A stretch of DNA of 64,000 nt. Source: Candidatus Binataceae bacterium (GTDB lineage Bacteria > Desulfobacterota > Binatia > Binatales > Binataceae). The number at the start of each line of letters is the position of its first letter. Position 1 is the first letter of the stretch. The stretch lies in NCBI GenBank assembly GCA_963722605.1, contig CAVRNO010000002.1, forward strand, positions 1,760,178 through 1,824,177, written 5' to 3'. Of this stretch, positions 18,680-27,369 are shown one piece after another. The notes under the pieces are model-generated. The model was given only the letters and a program-made list of their open reading frames with translations. It was not told the DNA's origin and made no database searches. The position numbers and the translations under genes were made by a program.

Positions 18680-19558
18680 TTATTCGACGTTCTGGACCTG
18701 CTCGCGCATCTTTTCCGCTTGCGCCTTCACCTCGACCGTCACTTGAGAAAGCGCCGCGTTCTGCGACTTCGAACCCATCGTATTTACTTCGCGGTTGATT
18801 TCCTGGAGCAGAAATTCAATCGACTTCCCGACCTGCCCCTTGCGCTTGAGCAGCGCCTTGAGGCCGTCAAGATGGGTGCGCAGACGCAGAATCTCTTCGC
18901 TGATATCGCCGTGCTGCGAGGCGGACGACGCCTCGTCATAGAGGCGTTTCTCGTTGACCGGCAGGTCTTGCAGGAGTTCGCGAATCCGCTTGTGAAAATT
19001 TTCCATTATCTCCGCGCGCGTCTGCTCGGCCAGCCGTTCAATTTTAGGGACCGCCGCTTCGATGGCGCGGACCCGCTCGGCGAAATCCTTGTGCAGGCCG
19101 CGCCCTTCGCGCACCCGCTCGGCATCCAGCGCTTTCAACGCGCGAACCAAAGCCTTTAGGCCGAGCCTGAATGCCGCGCCCGAGCCGTGCTCCTCTTCCT
19201 CGACGACGTGAAAAATTTCAGGCCGGTTGAGGATCGATCCAATGTCCGGATTGCCGTTGAGCCGAAGCTGCTTGCCGAGACGGCGCAATTCGGCAACGTA
19301 CAAATTCGCCAGCCGATCGTTCACTTCGAGCCGCACCGGCGCAGGCCTCAATGCGACCGACTTGATAAAAATCTCGACCCGTCCGCGCGCCACGACGTTC
19401 TGTACGGCTTTGCGAATCTCGGCCTCATGCTCGCCCCATCCGCGCGGCACCGTCAGCTTGAGTTCGAGAAATCGCTGGTTCAGCGCGCGCACCTCGGCAA
19501 TCACGCGAGTGCCGTCCTGCTCGGCGACAGCTCTGCCGAAGCCGGTCATGCTTTTCAT
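18680..19558 (-). CDS. yicC: YicC family stress-induced protein
   Basis: N-terminus MKSMTGFGRA and C-terminus NREVNTMGSKSQ...VEVKAQAEKMREQVQNVE. The start is chosen at the family-typical Met; the ORF extension upstream is Arg-rich. Confidence 0.8.
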   Translation of the reverse strand: MKSMTGFGRAVAEQDGTRVIAEVRALNQRFLELKLTVPRGWGEHEAEIRKAVQNVVARGRVEIFIKSVALRPAPVRLEVNDRLANLYVAELRRLGKQLRLNGNPDIGSILNRPEIFHVVEEEEHGSGAAFRLGLKALVRALKALDAERVREGRGLHKDFAERVRAIEAAVPKIERLAEQTRAEIMENFHKRIRELLQDLPVNEKRLYDEASSASQHGDISEEILRLRTHLDGLKALLKRKGQVGKSIEFLLQEINREVNTMGSKSQNAALSQVTVEVKAQAEKMREQVQNVE

Positions 19559-19595
19559 ATAACACCGCCCATTTGTTACCTTCTTCCGGCGTTTT

Positions 19596-20756
19596 TCATA
19601 GCCACGCGCGATAGAGCGCGAGCGTCCGCGCCGCCATCTTCTCCATCGAATAATTTTCCACGGCGCGGGCGCGCGCCGCCGCGCCCATCTGCGATCTGAG
19701 CGCGGGCGACTCGGCCAGCCGGCCGATCGCCGACACAATACTATCGGGGTCGGCGGGCGGCACGAGGATTCCGGTGCGATCGTGCTCGACCACTTCGCAA
19801 AGGCCGCCGACGCGGCTGGCAATCATGGGGAGCGCGCTCGTCATGGCTTCCAGAGCGGCGATGCCGAGCCCTTCTTGCAGCGACGGCATCGCGAACGCGT
19901 CCGACGCCCACAGCAGTCCGCGAGGGTCGTCGATTCTGCCGAGCAGCTTGACCCTTTCAGCACATCTCAGATGCACGATCAGGTGTTCGAGGTCTGTGCG
20001 AATCGATCCGTGGCCCGCGATGAAGCATCTCAGCTTGATCGAGGGCGCGGCCGAGGCGAGCGCGGCGACGGCTTCGATGAGATAGCGATGGCCCTTGCGC
20101 GGCTCGAGCGCGCCAAGCGCAGAAATCACGAACTCGTCGCCGGATAATCCGAGCGCGGCGCGCGCCTCGAGGCGTTGCGCTGGAGTCGGCGGGTGGAAGC
20201 GGGCGCAATCGACGCCGCTTGGAACGATGTGAGTGCGCCGGCGATCGACGCCCGCGGCGGCGAGCGAATCGGCAACGGCGCCGGAGATCGCGACCACGCC
20301 ATCGACCGCGCGATTGTACAGGTACGGCGCGAAAACGCGGTTGGGCCTGTAGTCCATCCGGCGCGTAACGACCAGCGCGCGGGCGAAACCGCGCGCAAAC
20401 GGCGCCATCGAATGCGCACGCGAGGTATGGAAATGAACGACGTCGTAACGTTCACGTTTGAGGATCGCGCGCAGGCGTATGCCGGCCGCGAGGTCGATAG
20501 CATTGCGGATGCGCAGCGGATGGCATCTTATGCCCGCGGCGGTGGCCCGCTCCCAGAGCCGTCCCGCGGGATCGCAAATCAGCTCCGCGCGATGGCCCGC
20601 GGCGGCCAGGGCGATCGTCAAGCCCAGCACCTGGGTCTGGCCGCCGGCGAAGCCGAGTTCGGGATCGACGCCGGCGATGCTCAACGCCGGGGCGTCAACG
20701 GTGTCGCTAGTGGGATGCACCTGGATGGGGTCGTCAGGTTGAGCAGTCGGCGTCAT
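19596..20756 (-). CDS. Glycosyltransferase family 4 (GT-B fold)
   Basis: C-terminal E-x7-E region PSLQEGLGIAALEAMTSALPMIASRVGGLCEVV. 386 aa. Confidence 0.8.
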   Translation of the reverse strand: MTPTAQPDDPIQVHPTSDTVDAPALSIAGVDPELGFAGGQTQVLGLTIALAAAGHRAELICDPAGRLWERATAAGIRCHPLRIRNAIDLAAGIRLRAILKRERYDVVHFHTSRAHSMAPFARGFARALVVTRRMDYRPNRVFAPYLYNRAVDGVVAISGAVADSLAAAGVDRRRTHIVPSGVDCARFHPPTPAQRLEARAALGLSGDEFVISALGALEPRKGHRYLIEAVAALASAAPSIKLRCFIAGHGSIRTDLEHLIVHLRCAERVKLLGRIDDPRGLLWASDAFAMPSLQEGLGIAALEAMTSALPMIASRVGGLCEVVEHDRTGILVPPADPDSIVSAIGRLAESPALRSQMGAAARARAVENYSMEKMAARTLALYRAWL

Positions 20757-20844
20757 CTTGGCCCGGATTTCCGTTCTCCAAGTTAACCGTCAATTTGAAA
20801 AAATGCGAACGACACCGAATTGAATGCGGAACCCACCGGGGGTT

Positions 20845-20894
20845 GCAGGGGTGACCCCTGCACGCAGTGTTAAGGCCGCCCGCCGTTGGCGGGC
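20845..20894. repeat. 50-nt double-hairpin repeat, copy 1
   Basis: Sequence gcaggggtgacccctgcacGcagtgttaaggccgcccgccgttggcgggc matches 26551-26600 at 49 of 50 positions. It contains the stems GCAGGGG/CCCCTGC and GCCCGCC/GGCGGGC. Confidence 0.85.
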
Positions 20895-20990
20895 TTCCGA
20901 TGGCACTGTGGCCAGTATTTAGAGGCTGCGCGCTCCGTTGTCGCGCGCGGGCGCTGCCGCGGCATCTCGATGACAGCGCGGGCGGCCTTT

Positions 20991-23579
20991 CTATTTCTTC
21001 GGCGCGACTCCGGTACAACCCAGCTTCACGGTCTGCGGCGCGGAAAGCGCGTTGTCGTTAATCGTCAACTTCCCCGTATATCTAATCTTGGCCGGCGGTG
21101 TGCACGTGACCTGGACTTTGCAACTCTGCCCCGGGGCAAGCGTGCCGGTGCATTCGCTCCCTGGCACTAGCTGGAAGGTCGAAGGCGATGCGGATTCCAG
21201 TTTCATGATCACCGGCAGCGCCTTTTTCCCTTTGCCGGCATTCTTGATCGTTACCGTCGCAGGTTTGCTGATCGTATTCTCCGTGACCTTTTTGAACCTC
21301 ACAATCTGGGGAGAGATCGTGAGCTTCTCCTTCACCGGCGTGGGGGTCGCAGTCGGCGTCGCGGTTGAGGTCGCAGTAGCCGTAGCAGTCGTCGTGGCAG
21401 TCGGAGTTGCGGTCGCCGTCTCAGTGGGCGTCGATGTCGAAGTTGCGGTTGCAGCGGCTGTGTTGGTTGGCGTCGCAGTTGCCGTCGCCGTCTCAGTGGG
21501 CGTCGATGTTGAAGTCGGCGTTGACGTCGACGTCGCAGTAGCCGTCGAACTTTCTGTGGCGGTCGCCGTGGCCGTTTGAGCCGATGTTGCGGTAGCCGTT
21601 GACGTTGGGGTTGCGGTCGAGGAGCCCGTGGCGGTCGCAGTCGCTGTCGCGGTCGCGGTCGCTGTGTCTGTGGCTGTCGCTGTTGGCGTGGACGATGGTG
21701 TGTTGGTTGCCGTAGGCGTCGGCGATGCGGTTAACTGCCCGAATGCCACCTCAAACGCAATCGGATACCCGTTGCACGCAAGTCCGCCTGTGTGATCGTC
21801 GTAGGTCCACGCATACTGATGCGGGCACGCATTGGAGAATATCTCGTAATACGGCGTGTCCCCCGCATTCGTGCCGTCGCCCGCGGCCCACAGCGCCGCC
21901 GCCTCCCACTCCGGGTTAAGTGGCGATCCGGTACCCTCGAAAAAGCCGCTGATGGTGTCGTACGAGCCCAGACCGACGATCGGCGCGGGGAGGGTGGTTG
22001 CGTTGGAACCCAAGGGAAGGCATGCGACCCCGGTGTTGACGCCCGTCGCGGCGACGCAGGTATAAACCGGACTAGATGAATATCCCCCGCAATGTTTTCC
22101 TTCGTCCGAAGTCGAGGCACAATCGTTCGGCGGCTGTACCGTCGGCGTTCCTCCGCCGTTGGCTGTCGCGCAGATTCCGACCCAAGACGGCAAACCGGCG
22201 ATTCCGGTCACGGTGGGGCCAACCAGGCATTCCTCGCCCGGCGCGCAATCGATATCGCCCCAGCAAGTCGGCGTTCCCTGGTTGCCGGAGAACATCGTCA
22301 CGCCAACGTAGCTGCTGCTCACGGCTCCACTGTCGTTCGCCGCGTCGTACATGTCTTCATACCAGGAGCCGTCCGCGCTGAAGCCGATGCTGTGGACGCT
22401 GCCACTGGGAATCGGGGTCCCGCATTCAAGACTTGTCACGCCCGGCGCACTGACCGGCAATGGATAACTGGCGCCGCATAGCTTGCCTGGGCCGTTGCAG
22501 CCGATTACGCAGGTAAAGCCCCCGCTGCACGACGAAGGATCAGCACCCGTCGGGCAAGCTTCGCATTCGCCTGTCGCACATGCTCCGCCACCGCACGTGC
22601 CGGTGCCGGTCGGCGGTTCGATTACCTGCAGCAAGCTCGGACACACAGCGTTGAGGTCGGTGTTGCAGGCGGTCGAGGCACAGTCAGGACCGCCACCGGT
22701 GCCGGAGTTCGTCACTTTAACGGCGATCGGGTTGTTGTATCCCGCCAAATTGGTAACGTCGTACGTCGCAGCGCCGGCGCCGCCGTCAGCCGCGGAGTTA
22801 TCGGTTATTTCGAATTGCGAGGCCGGAGTTTCCGGACCGAAATTTGCCGGGAGCGGAGTTGAGATAGGAGTCGGCGCAACGCTGGCGCCAGGAGCAGGCG
22901 AGGGCAGGATCGTGTTCTGCCATGAGCCCTGGCACTGCCAGAGTCCGCTGCCGCAATCCCCTGTCCTGCACACCCCGCTTGCGAAACCGCAAAACGAACC
23001 GGCCGCGTAGTACGAAGCACTGCTGCCCGCGGCGGCAACGCAAACCGAGTTCGGCAGCGAGCTGCATGCCCCGTTCGTACCGGTACCGCTGCTGCAATCG
23101 ATCACACATTTGCCGCCGTAGCAGATGTGATTGTTCAACGTCGGATTGCCAGCCTTGCAGGTATTACCCGTCGTGCAGCAATCGCTTTGCGACGTACAAT
23201 CAACGAAATCGTTGTCCGGATCCGCGCCGAAGGTGCCGTTGAAGTCGCATTCGGTGCGCGCCCAGAATGTCCCTGACGTCCAGTCACCCGGCACGCAGAG
23301 AGAGAGCGAACTGCCGGCGTCGAGCTGCCAGTTGTTTTCCGGCGGCGACAGAATCGAACCGGCGTTAACGCTCTCGCCGATCCAGATCGGAAATGAATTC
23401 TGGTTGCGAAGCGTCACGCTCGTCGTGGTGCAGGTTGGCGCCGCGAGCGGCATCGCCCGTGTATTCTGCGCCGTCGCTGGACCGTTAAAGGAAATTACCG
23501 CGCAGATCAGAATTGCAACCAGCGCGGCGAATCCTGTTAGCTTGTACTTCCCGCCGATGTCTCGCATCTGCCCCCCCAA
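20991..23579 (-). CDS. Secreted Cys-rich expanded thaumatin-like protein with Thr/Ala/Pro linker and C-terminal beta-sandwich-like module
   Basis: N-terminal signal/TM segment. Thaumatin-type blocks appear in order: VTLRNQNSFPIWIG, WTSGTFWARTECDF, CRTGDCGSGLWQC (22932-22988), ASQFEIT...YDVTNLAGYNNPIAV, CNTDLNAVCPSLL and YEIFSNACPHQYAWTYDDHTGGLAC...IAFEVAF. A 130-aa T/A/P/S linker is at 21336-21725, and the terminal 114-aa module is at 20994-21335. Confidence 0.6.
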   Translation of the reverse strand: MGGQMRDIGGKYKLTGFAALVAILICAVISFNGPATAQNTRAMPLAAPTCTTTSVTLRNQNSFPIWIGESVNAGSILSPPENNWQLDAGSSLSLCVPGDWTSGTFWARTECDFNGTFGADPDNDFVDCTSQSDCCTTGNTCKAGNPTLNNHICYGGKCVIDCSSGTGTNGACSSLPNSVCVAAAGSSASYYAAGSFCGFASGVCRTGDCGSGLWQCQGSWQNTILPSPAPGASVAPTPISTPLPANFGPETPASQFEITDNSAADGGAGAATYDVTNLAGYNNPIAVKVTNSGTGGGPDCASTACNTDLNAVCPSLLQVIEPPTGTGTCGGGACATGECEACPTGADPSSCSGGFTCVIGCNGPGKLCGASYPLPVSAPGVTSLECGTPIPSGSVHSIGFSADGSWYEDMYDAANDSGAVSSSYVGVTMFSGNQGTPTCWGDIDCAPGEECLVGPTVTGIAGLPSWVGICATANGGGTPTVQPPNDCASTSDEGKHCGGYSSSPVYTCVAATGVNTGVACLPLGSNATTLPAPIVGLGSYDTISGFFEGTGSPLNPEWEAAALWAAGDGTNAGDTPYYEIFSNACPHQYAWTYDDHTGGLACNGYPIAFEVAFGQLTASPTPTATNTPSSTPTATATDTATATATATATATGSSTATPTSTATATSAQTATATATESSTATATSTSTPTSTSTPTETATATATPTNTAAATATSTSTPTETATATPTATTTATATATSTATPTATPTPVKEKLTISPQIVRFKKVTENTISKPATVTIKNAGKGKKALPVIMKLESASPSTFQLVPGSECTGTLAPGQSCKVQVTCTPPAKIRYTGKLTINDNALSAPQTVKLGCTGVAPKK

Positions 23580-23779
23580 GTTCGTTCAGCAGCCAGAAAT
23601 TCCGCTCTCGCTGCGCAAGACCCGGCTTGACATCACTAATGGTAGGAAAATACTACACACGATTATCAGGCGAAGCAATGGGCTCGGCTAATCCGTAGCG
23701 CTGATGATCACACTCGTAGTGTGCAAACACATTTGCTCGGGCTTGAAACCCGCGTAGCTGTTAGAGATTTCAGGAAGAG

Positions 23780-23878
23780 GACGCCGGCGATGCTCAGCGC
23801 CGGGGCGTCAATGGTGTCGCTAGAGGGAACCGGAAAAGCCGCGAAGAAGAAATAGACAGGGCAAAAGCACCTGCACCT
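23780..23878. repeat. Chimeric relic: copy of a GT4 5'-coding segment joined to a copy of the NHL-gene 3' end
   Basis: 23780-23828 matches 20668-20716 at 46 of 49 positions. 23825-23878 matches 26523-26570 (gggaaccggaaaagccgcgaagaa identical, then a degenerate stop and hairpin). The junction falls at the shared GGGA. Confidence 0.75.
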
Positions 23879-24060
23879 GAGTCAAGGAGAATCGCGGAGC
23901 CGGAGTCGCTGCGCTTCGGTCGGGTTTGCTCGGCTCAGACACTCTGGAGACACTGGTTACGATTCGTTGGGCTGTTCCTGCCCGCCATTTGTGTCTCGGG
24001 CGGCAACCTGATAACTCGATATCGATGAATGTCCTCAACGTCGCCGTTCTCCGAGGCTCG

Positions 24061-26550
24061 ATGAAACACTCTTGGGGGAAAGCCCGGATCGGCGTGATTG
24101 CAATCCTCGGCGCGGCCGCGCTGGCGACGGCGGGCCTCCATCGTACTTCAGACCGCGCCTATAGCGCGGATACGATGCCGACGCTCTTTGCTACGGACGA
24201 TTGTTCCGGCGCCGTGACGGCTTATCCCGCCGCAAGCAACGGCGACGTATCGCCGCTGGCCCCGGCGCCTACCGGCCTCGGCCAGCCGAGTTTTGTGGCC
24301 ATTGACGCGAGTGGAAAAATTTACGCCACCAACGCCTGCAACAACACGGTCACCATTTACGCCAGGGGGAGCAATGGCAACACCGCCCCCATCGCCATTA
24401 TCGGCGGGAGCAATACCGGCCTGAGCAACCCACAAGGCATCGCGCTGGATTCCAGCCGTAAAATCTATGTCGCGATCAGTGGCAACACTGTCTCCGGCGG
24501 CTCCATCGCCCCCAGCGTGCTTGTCTATCCGCCGCTGGGAAGCAGCACCGGGCTGCTCAACGAGGCCCCTACCGCCACCATCAGCGGGAGCAACACCGCC
24601 TTGAACAACCCATACGGCATCGCGGCGGATTCCAACGGCAACATCTATGTGGCGGACTCCTCCGCCGGCAGCGTGTTTGCCTATCCGCCGCTGGGAAGCA
24701 GTACCGGGCTGCTCAACGAGGCCCCCACCGCCACCATCAGCGGGAGCAACACCGGCTTGATCAACCCCTACGGCATCGCAGCAGATTCCAGCGCCAGGAT
24801 CTATGTGGCTGACTACTCCGCGAGCAGCGTGTATGTCTATCCGGCACTGGGGAGCAGCGCCGGGCTGCTCAACGAGTCCCCCACCGCCACCATCAGCGGG
24901 AGCGACACCGGCTTGGTCAGCCCATACGGCATCGCGCTGGATCCCAGCGGCAAAATCTACGTGACGGACAACGGCGCCACGAGCGTGTTTGTCTATGAGC
25001 CGCTGGCCAGCCTCCTCAGCGATCCCAATTCTCCAGACGTGACGCCAATCGCCACCATCAGCGGGAGCGACACCGGCTTGATCAACCCGTACGGCATCGC
25101 GCTGGATCCGAGCCGCAATATCTATGTGGTGGACACCTCGAGCGTGCTTGTCTATGAGCCGCTGGCCAGCCTCCTCAGCGATCCCAATTCTCCAGACGTG
25201 ACGCCAATCGTCACCATCAGCACGACCAACACCACCGGCCTGAGCTTCCCACAAGGCATCGCGCTGGATTCCAGCGGCAAAATCTATGTGGCGGATGACG
25301 GTGACAGATTTTGCGATGGTACCGAGAGCGTGTATGTGTATCCCGCCGGGAGCAATGGCAACGTCGCCCCAACCGCCACCATCAGCGGCGCCCATACCGG
25401 CCTTTGCGACCCAATCGGCATTGCGCTGGATTTCAGCGGCAACATCTATGTGGCGGACGACGGCAACCCCAACGCATTCCCATACATTTTCCCCAAGGTG
25501 CTTGTCTATCCGCCGTTGGGAAGCAGCACCGGGCCGCTCAACGAGGCCCCCACCGCCACCATCAGCGGGAGCAACACCGGCTTGGAAACCCCCTACGGCA
25601 TCGCGGCGGATTCCAGCGGTAAGATCTATGTGGCGGACTACGGCGCCACGAGCGTGTTTGCCTATCCGCCACTGGGAAGCAGCACCGGGCTGCTCAACGA
25701 GGCCCCCACCGCCACCATCAGCGGGAGCAACACCGGCTTGGAAACCCCCTACGGCATCGCGGCGGATTCTAGCGGCAATATCTATGTGGCGGATGAAGGT
25801 GACCAAGCTTGCGATGGTACCGAGAGCGTGTATGTCTATCCGCCGTTGGGAAGCACCACCGGGACGGTCAACGAGGTCCCCAGCGTAACCATCAACGGGA
25901 GCAATACTGGCCTGTGCTTCCCAGTCGGAATCGCCGTGGATTCCAGCGGTAACATCTATGTGGCGGATTACGGCACCACGAGCGTGTTTGTCTATCCGGC
26001 GCCGGGAATCAGCAGAGGGCTGTTCGACGAGTACCCCATCACCATTATAAGCGGTCCACTCACAGAACTGAGTAACCCTCAGTTCATCGGCATCCAGCCG
26101 GCAGCAGGGCCGACACCGACCGCGACCAAGACCGCAACGCCGACCGCGACCAAGACCGCAACACCGACTGCGACCGCGACGGCGACGCCAACTGCGACAC
26201 CGACGCCAATCTCGGAGAAGCTGACGTTCAGACCCGCTTCGCTGTCATTCGGAAAAACGGTGACAGTCGGAAAAACCAGCAAGCCCAAGACGGTCACGAT
26301 CAAGAACGCGGGCAGCAAAAAAACAGGCCTGGCGGTGAATATCGAGAGCGAGAGCGTGTTGCCGGCGACGTTCGCGGTCACATCGCAATGCAAACAAACG
26401 CTCGCGCCCGGCAAAAGTTGCAAGGTATCTGTCACCTTCACCCCGGCGGATACGGCGGCGCAGAGTGGAAACCTGAAGATTGTTGACAACGTGCTCGGCG
26501 AGCCACAGTCGGTGGGGCTATTGGGAACCGGAAAAGCCGCGAAGAAATAA
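24061..26550 (+). CDS. Secreted multi-blade NHL-repeat beta-propeller protein with Thr/Pro linker and C-terminal beta-sandwich-like module
   Basis: Signal peptide MKHSWGKARIGVIAILGAAALATAG. About 14 repeats of the type NPxGIAxDSSGxIYVAD..xxSVxVY. The linker is at 26110-26208 and the terminal module at 26209-26547. ATG 24025 and the ORF-track start at 23926 are alternative starts. Confidence 0.7.
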   Translation: MKHSWGKARIGVIAILGAAALATAGLHRTSDRAYSADTMPTLFATDDCSGAVTAYPAASNGDVSPLAPAPTGLGQPSFVAIDASGKIYATNACNNTVTIYARGSNGNTAPIAIIGGSNTGLSNPQGIALDSSRKIYVAISGNTVSGGSIAPSVLVYPPLGSSTGLLNEAPTATISGSNTALNNPYGIAADSNGNIYVADSSAGSVFAYPPLGSSTGLLNEAPTATISGSNTGLINPYGIAADSSARIYVADYSASSVYVYPALGSSAGLLNESPTATISGSDTGLVSPYGIALDPSGKIYVTDNGATSVFVYEPLASLLSDPNSPDVTPIATISGSDTGLINPYGIALDPSRNIYVVDTSSVLVYEPLASLLSDPNSPDVTPIVTISTTNTTGLSFPQGIALDSSGKIYVADDGDRFCDGTESVYVYPAGSNGNVAPTATISGAHTGLCDPIGIALDFSGNIYVADDGNPNAFPYIFPKVLVYPPLGSSTGPLNEAPTATISGSNTGLETPYGIAADSSGKIYVADYGATSVFAYPPLGSSTGLLNEAPTATISGSNTGLETPYGIAADSSGNIYVADEGDQACDGTESVYVYPPLGSTTGTVNEVPSVTINGSNTGLCFPVGIAVDSSGNIYVADYGTTSVFVYPAPGISRGLFDEYPITIISGPLTELSNPQFIGIQPAAGPTPTATKTATPTATKTATPTATATATPTATPTPISEKLTFRPASLSFGKTVTVGKTSKPKTVTIKNAGSKKTGLAVNIESESVLPATFAVTSQCKQTLAPGKSCKVSVTFTPADTAAQSGNLKIVDNVLGEPQSVGLLGTGKAAKK

Positions 26551-26600
26551 GCAGGGGTGACCCCTGCACCCAGTGTTAAGGCCGCCCGCCGTTGGCGGGC
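26551..26600. repeat. 50-nt double-hairpin repeat, copy 2
   Basis: Matches 20845-20894 at 49 of 50 positions. It starts immediately after the NHL-gene stop codon. Confidence 0.85.
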
Positions 26601-26676
26601 GCGGGCCCCTGCCAACGGCTCAATACTGCGCTGCCGCCGCCACGGCCAAGGGCTCCGGCCCCTGCGTTTGGGCGGG

Positions 26677-27369
26677 TCAGTCGAAGAATCTGTAATAGAG
26701 GATTGCGCAGACCGCGCTCATCGCGTCGCGAATGCCGATCTTCTTGCCCTCTTCGTAGGTCCGTCCCGAATACGACACCGGGACCTCGTAGATTCGCCAT
26801 CGCGCGCGCGCGGCTTTGGCGGTGATCTCGGGCTCGAAAGTGAAGCGATTCGCGCTGAGCTTGAGCGTCATCAATTTCTCACGCACGAAAGCCTTCATCC
26901 CGGTCTCCATGTCGGTCAGATTGAGGTCGCTGACCATGTTGGAGAACAGGGTCACTGCGCGATTGGCCACGTAGTGCCAGAAGAACATGACGCGATGCGG
27001 ACCGGAGAGAAAGCGCGAGCCGTAAACCATGTCGGCGCGGCCGTCGAGCAGCGGGATAATCATCGCGGCGTAGTCCCTGGGGTCGTATTCGAGGTCGGCG
27101 TCCTGCACGAAGACGTAAGGATTTTTCGCGGCGGCGAAGCCGAGCCGGAGCGCGGCGCCTTTGCCGCGATTGACGCTATGAAAGAAGCATTGAACGCGCG
27201 GATGGCTGAGCTCGCGCAGAATTTTGGCGGTGCCGTCGGTCGAGGCGTCATCGACGACGATAGCCTCGGAATCGAAGCCGCAATCCAGCACGCGCTCGAT
27301 TACGCGGCCGATGGTGGCGGCTTCGTTGTACACGGGAATCACCACGGAAATTTTGGTCTGCCCGTCCAT
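26677..27369 (-). CDS. Glycosyltransferase family 2 (polyprenol-phosphate sugar transferase-like)
   Basis: Contains KISVVIPVYNEAATI and VVDDASTDGT. The Met at MDGQTKIS overlaps the stop of the upstream kinase gene. Confidence 0.8.
   Translation of the reverse strand: MDGQTKISVVIPVYNEAATIGRVIERVLDCGFDSEAIVVDDASTDGTAKILRELSHPRVQCFFHSVNRGKGAALRLGFAAAKNPYVFVQDADLEYDPRDYAAMIIPLLDGRADMVYGSRFLSGPHRVMFFWHYVANRAVTLFSNMVSDLNLTDMETGMKAFVREKLMTLKLSANRFTFEPEITAKAARARWRIYEVPVSYSGRTYEEGKKIGIRDAMSAVCAILYYRFFD

Noticed and set aside
20901-20916. A TGGCAC string resembling a sigma-54 -24 element.
   Set aside because: The expected TTGC(A/T) -12 element is not present at the right spacing, and no + strand gene lies downstream.
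21052-21579. ORFs encoding (VAV/GVA)n or (TAT)n on other frames or strands across the Thr/Pro/Ala linkers (21052-21579, 26079-26615).
   Set aside because: They are mirror products of the low-complexity linker DNA of the two secreted-protein genes.
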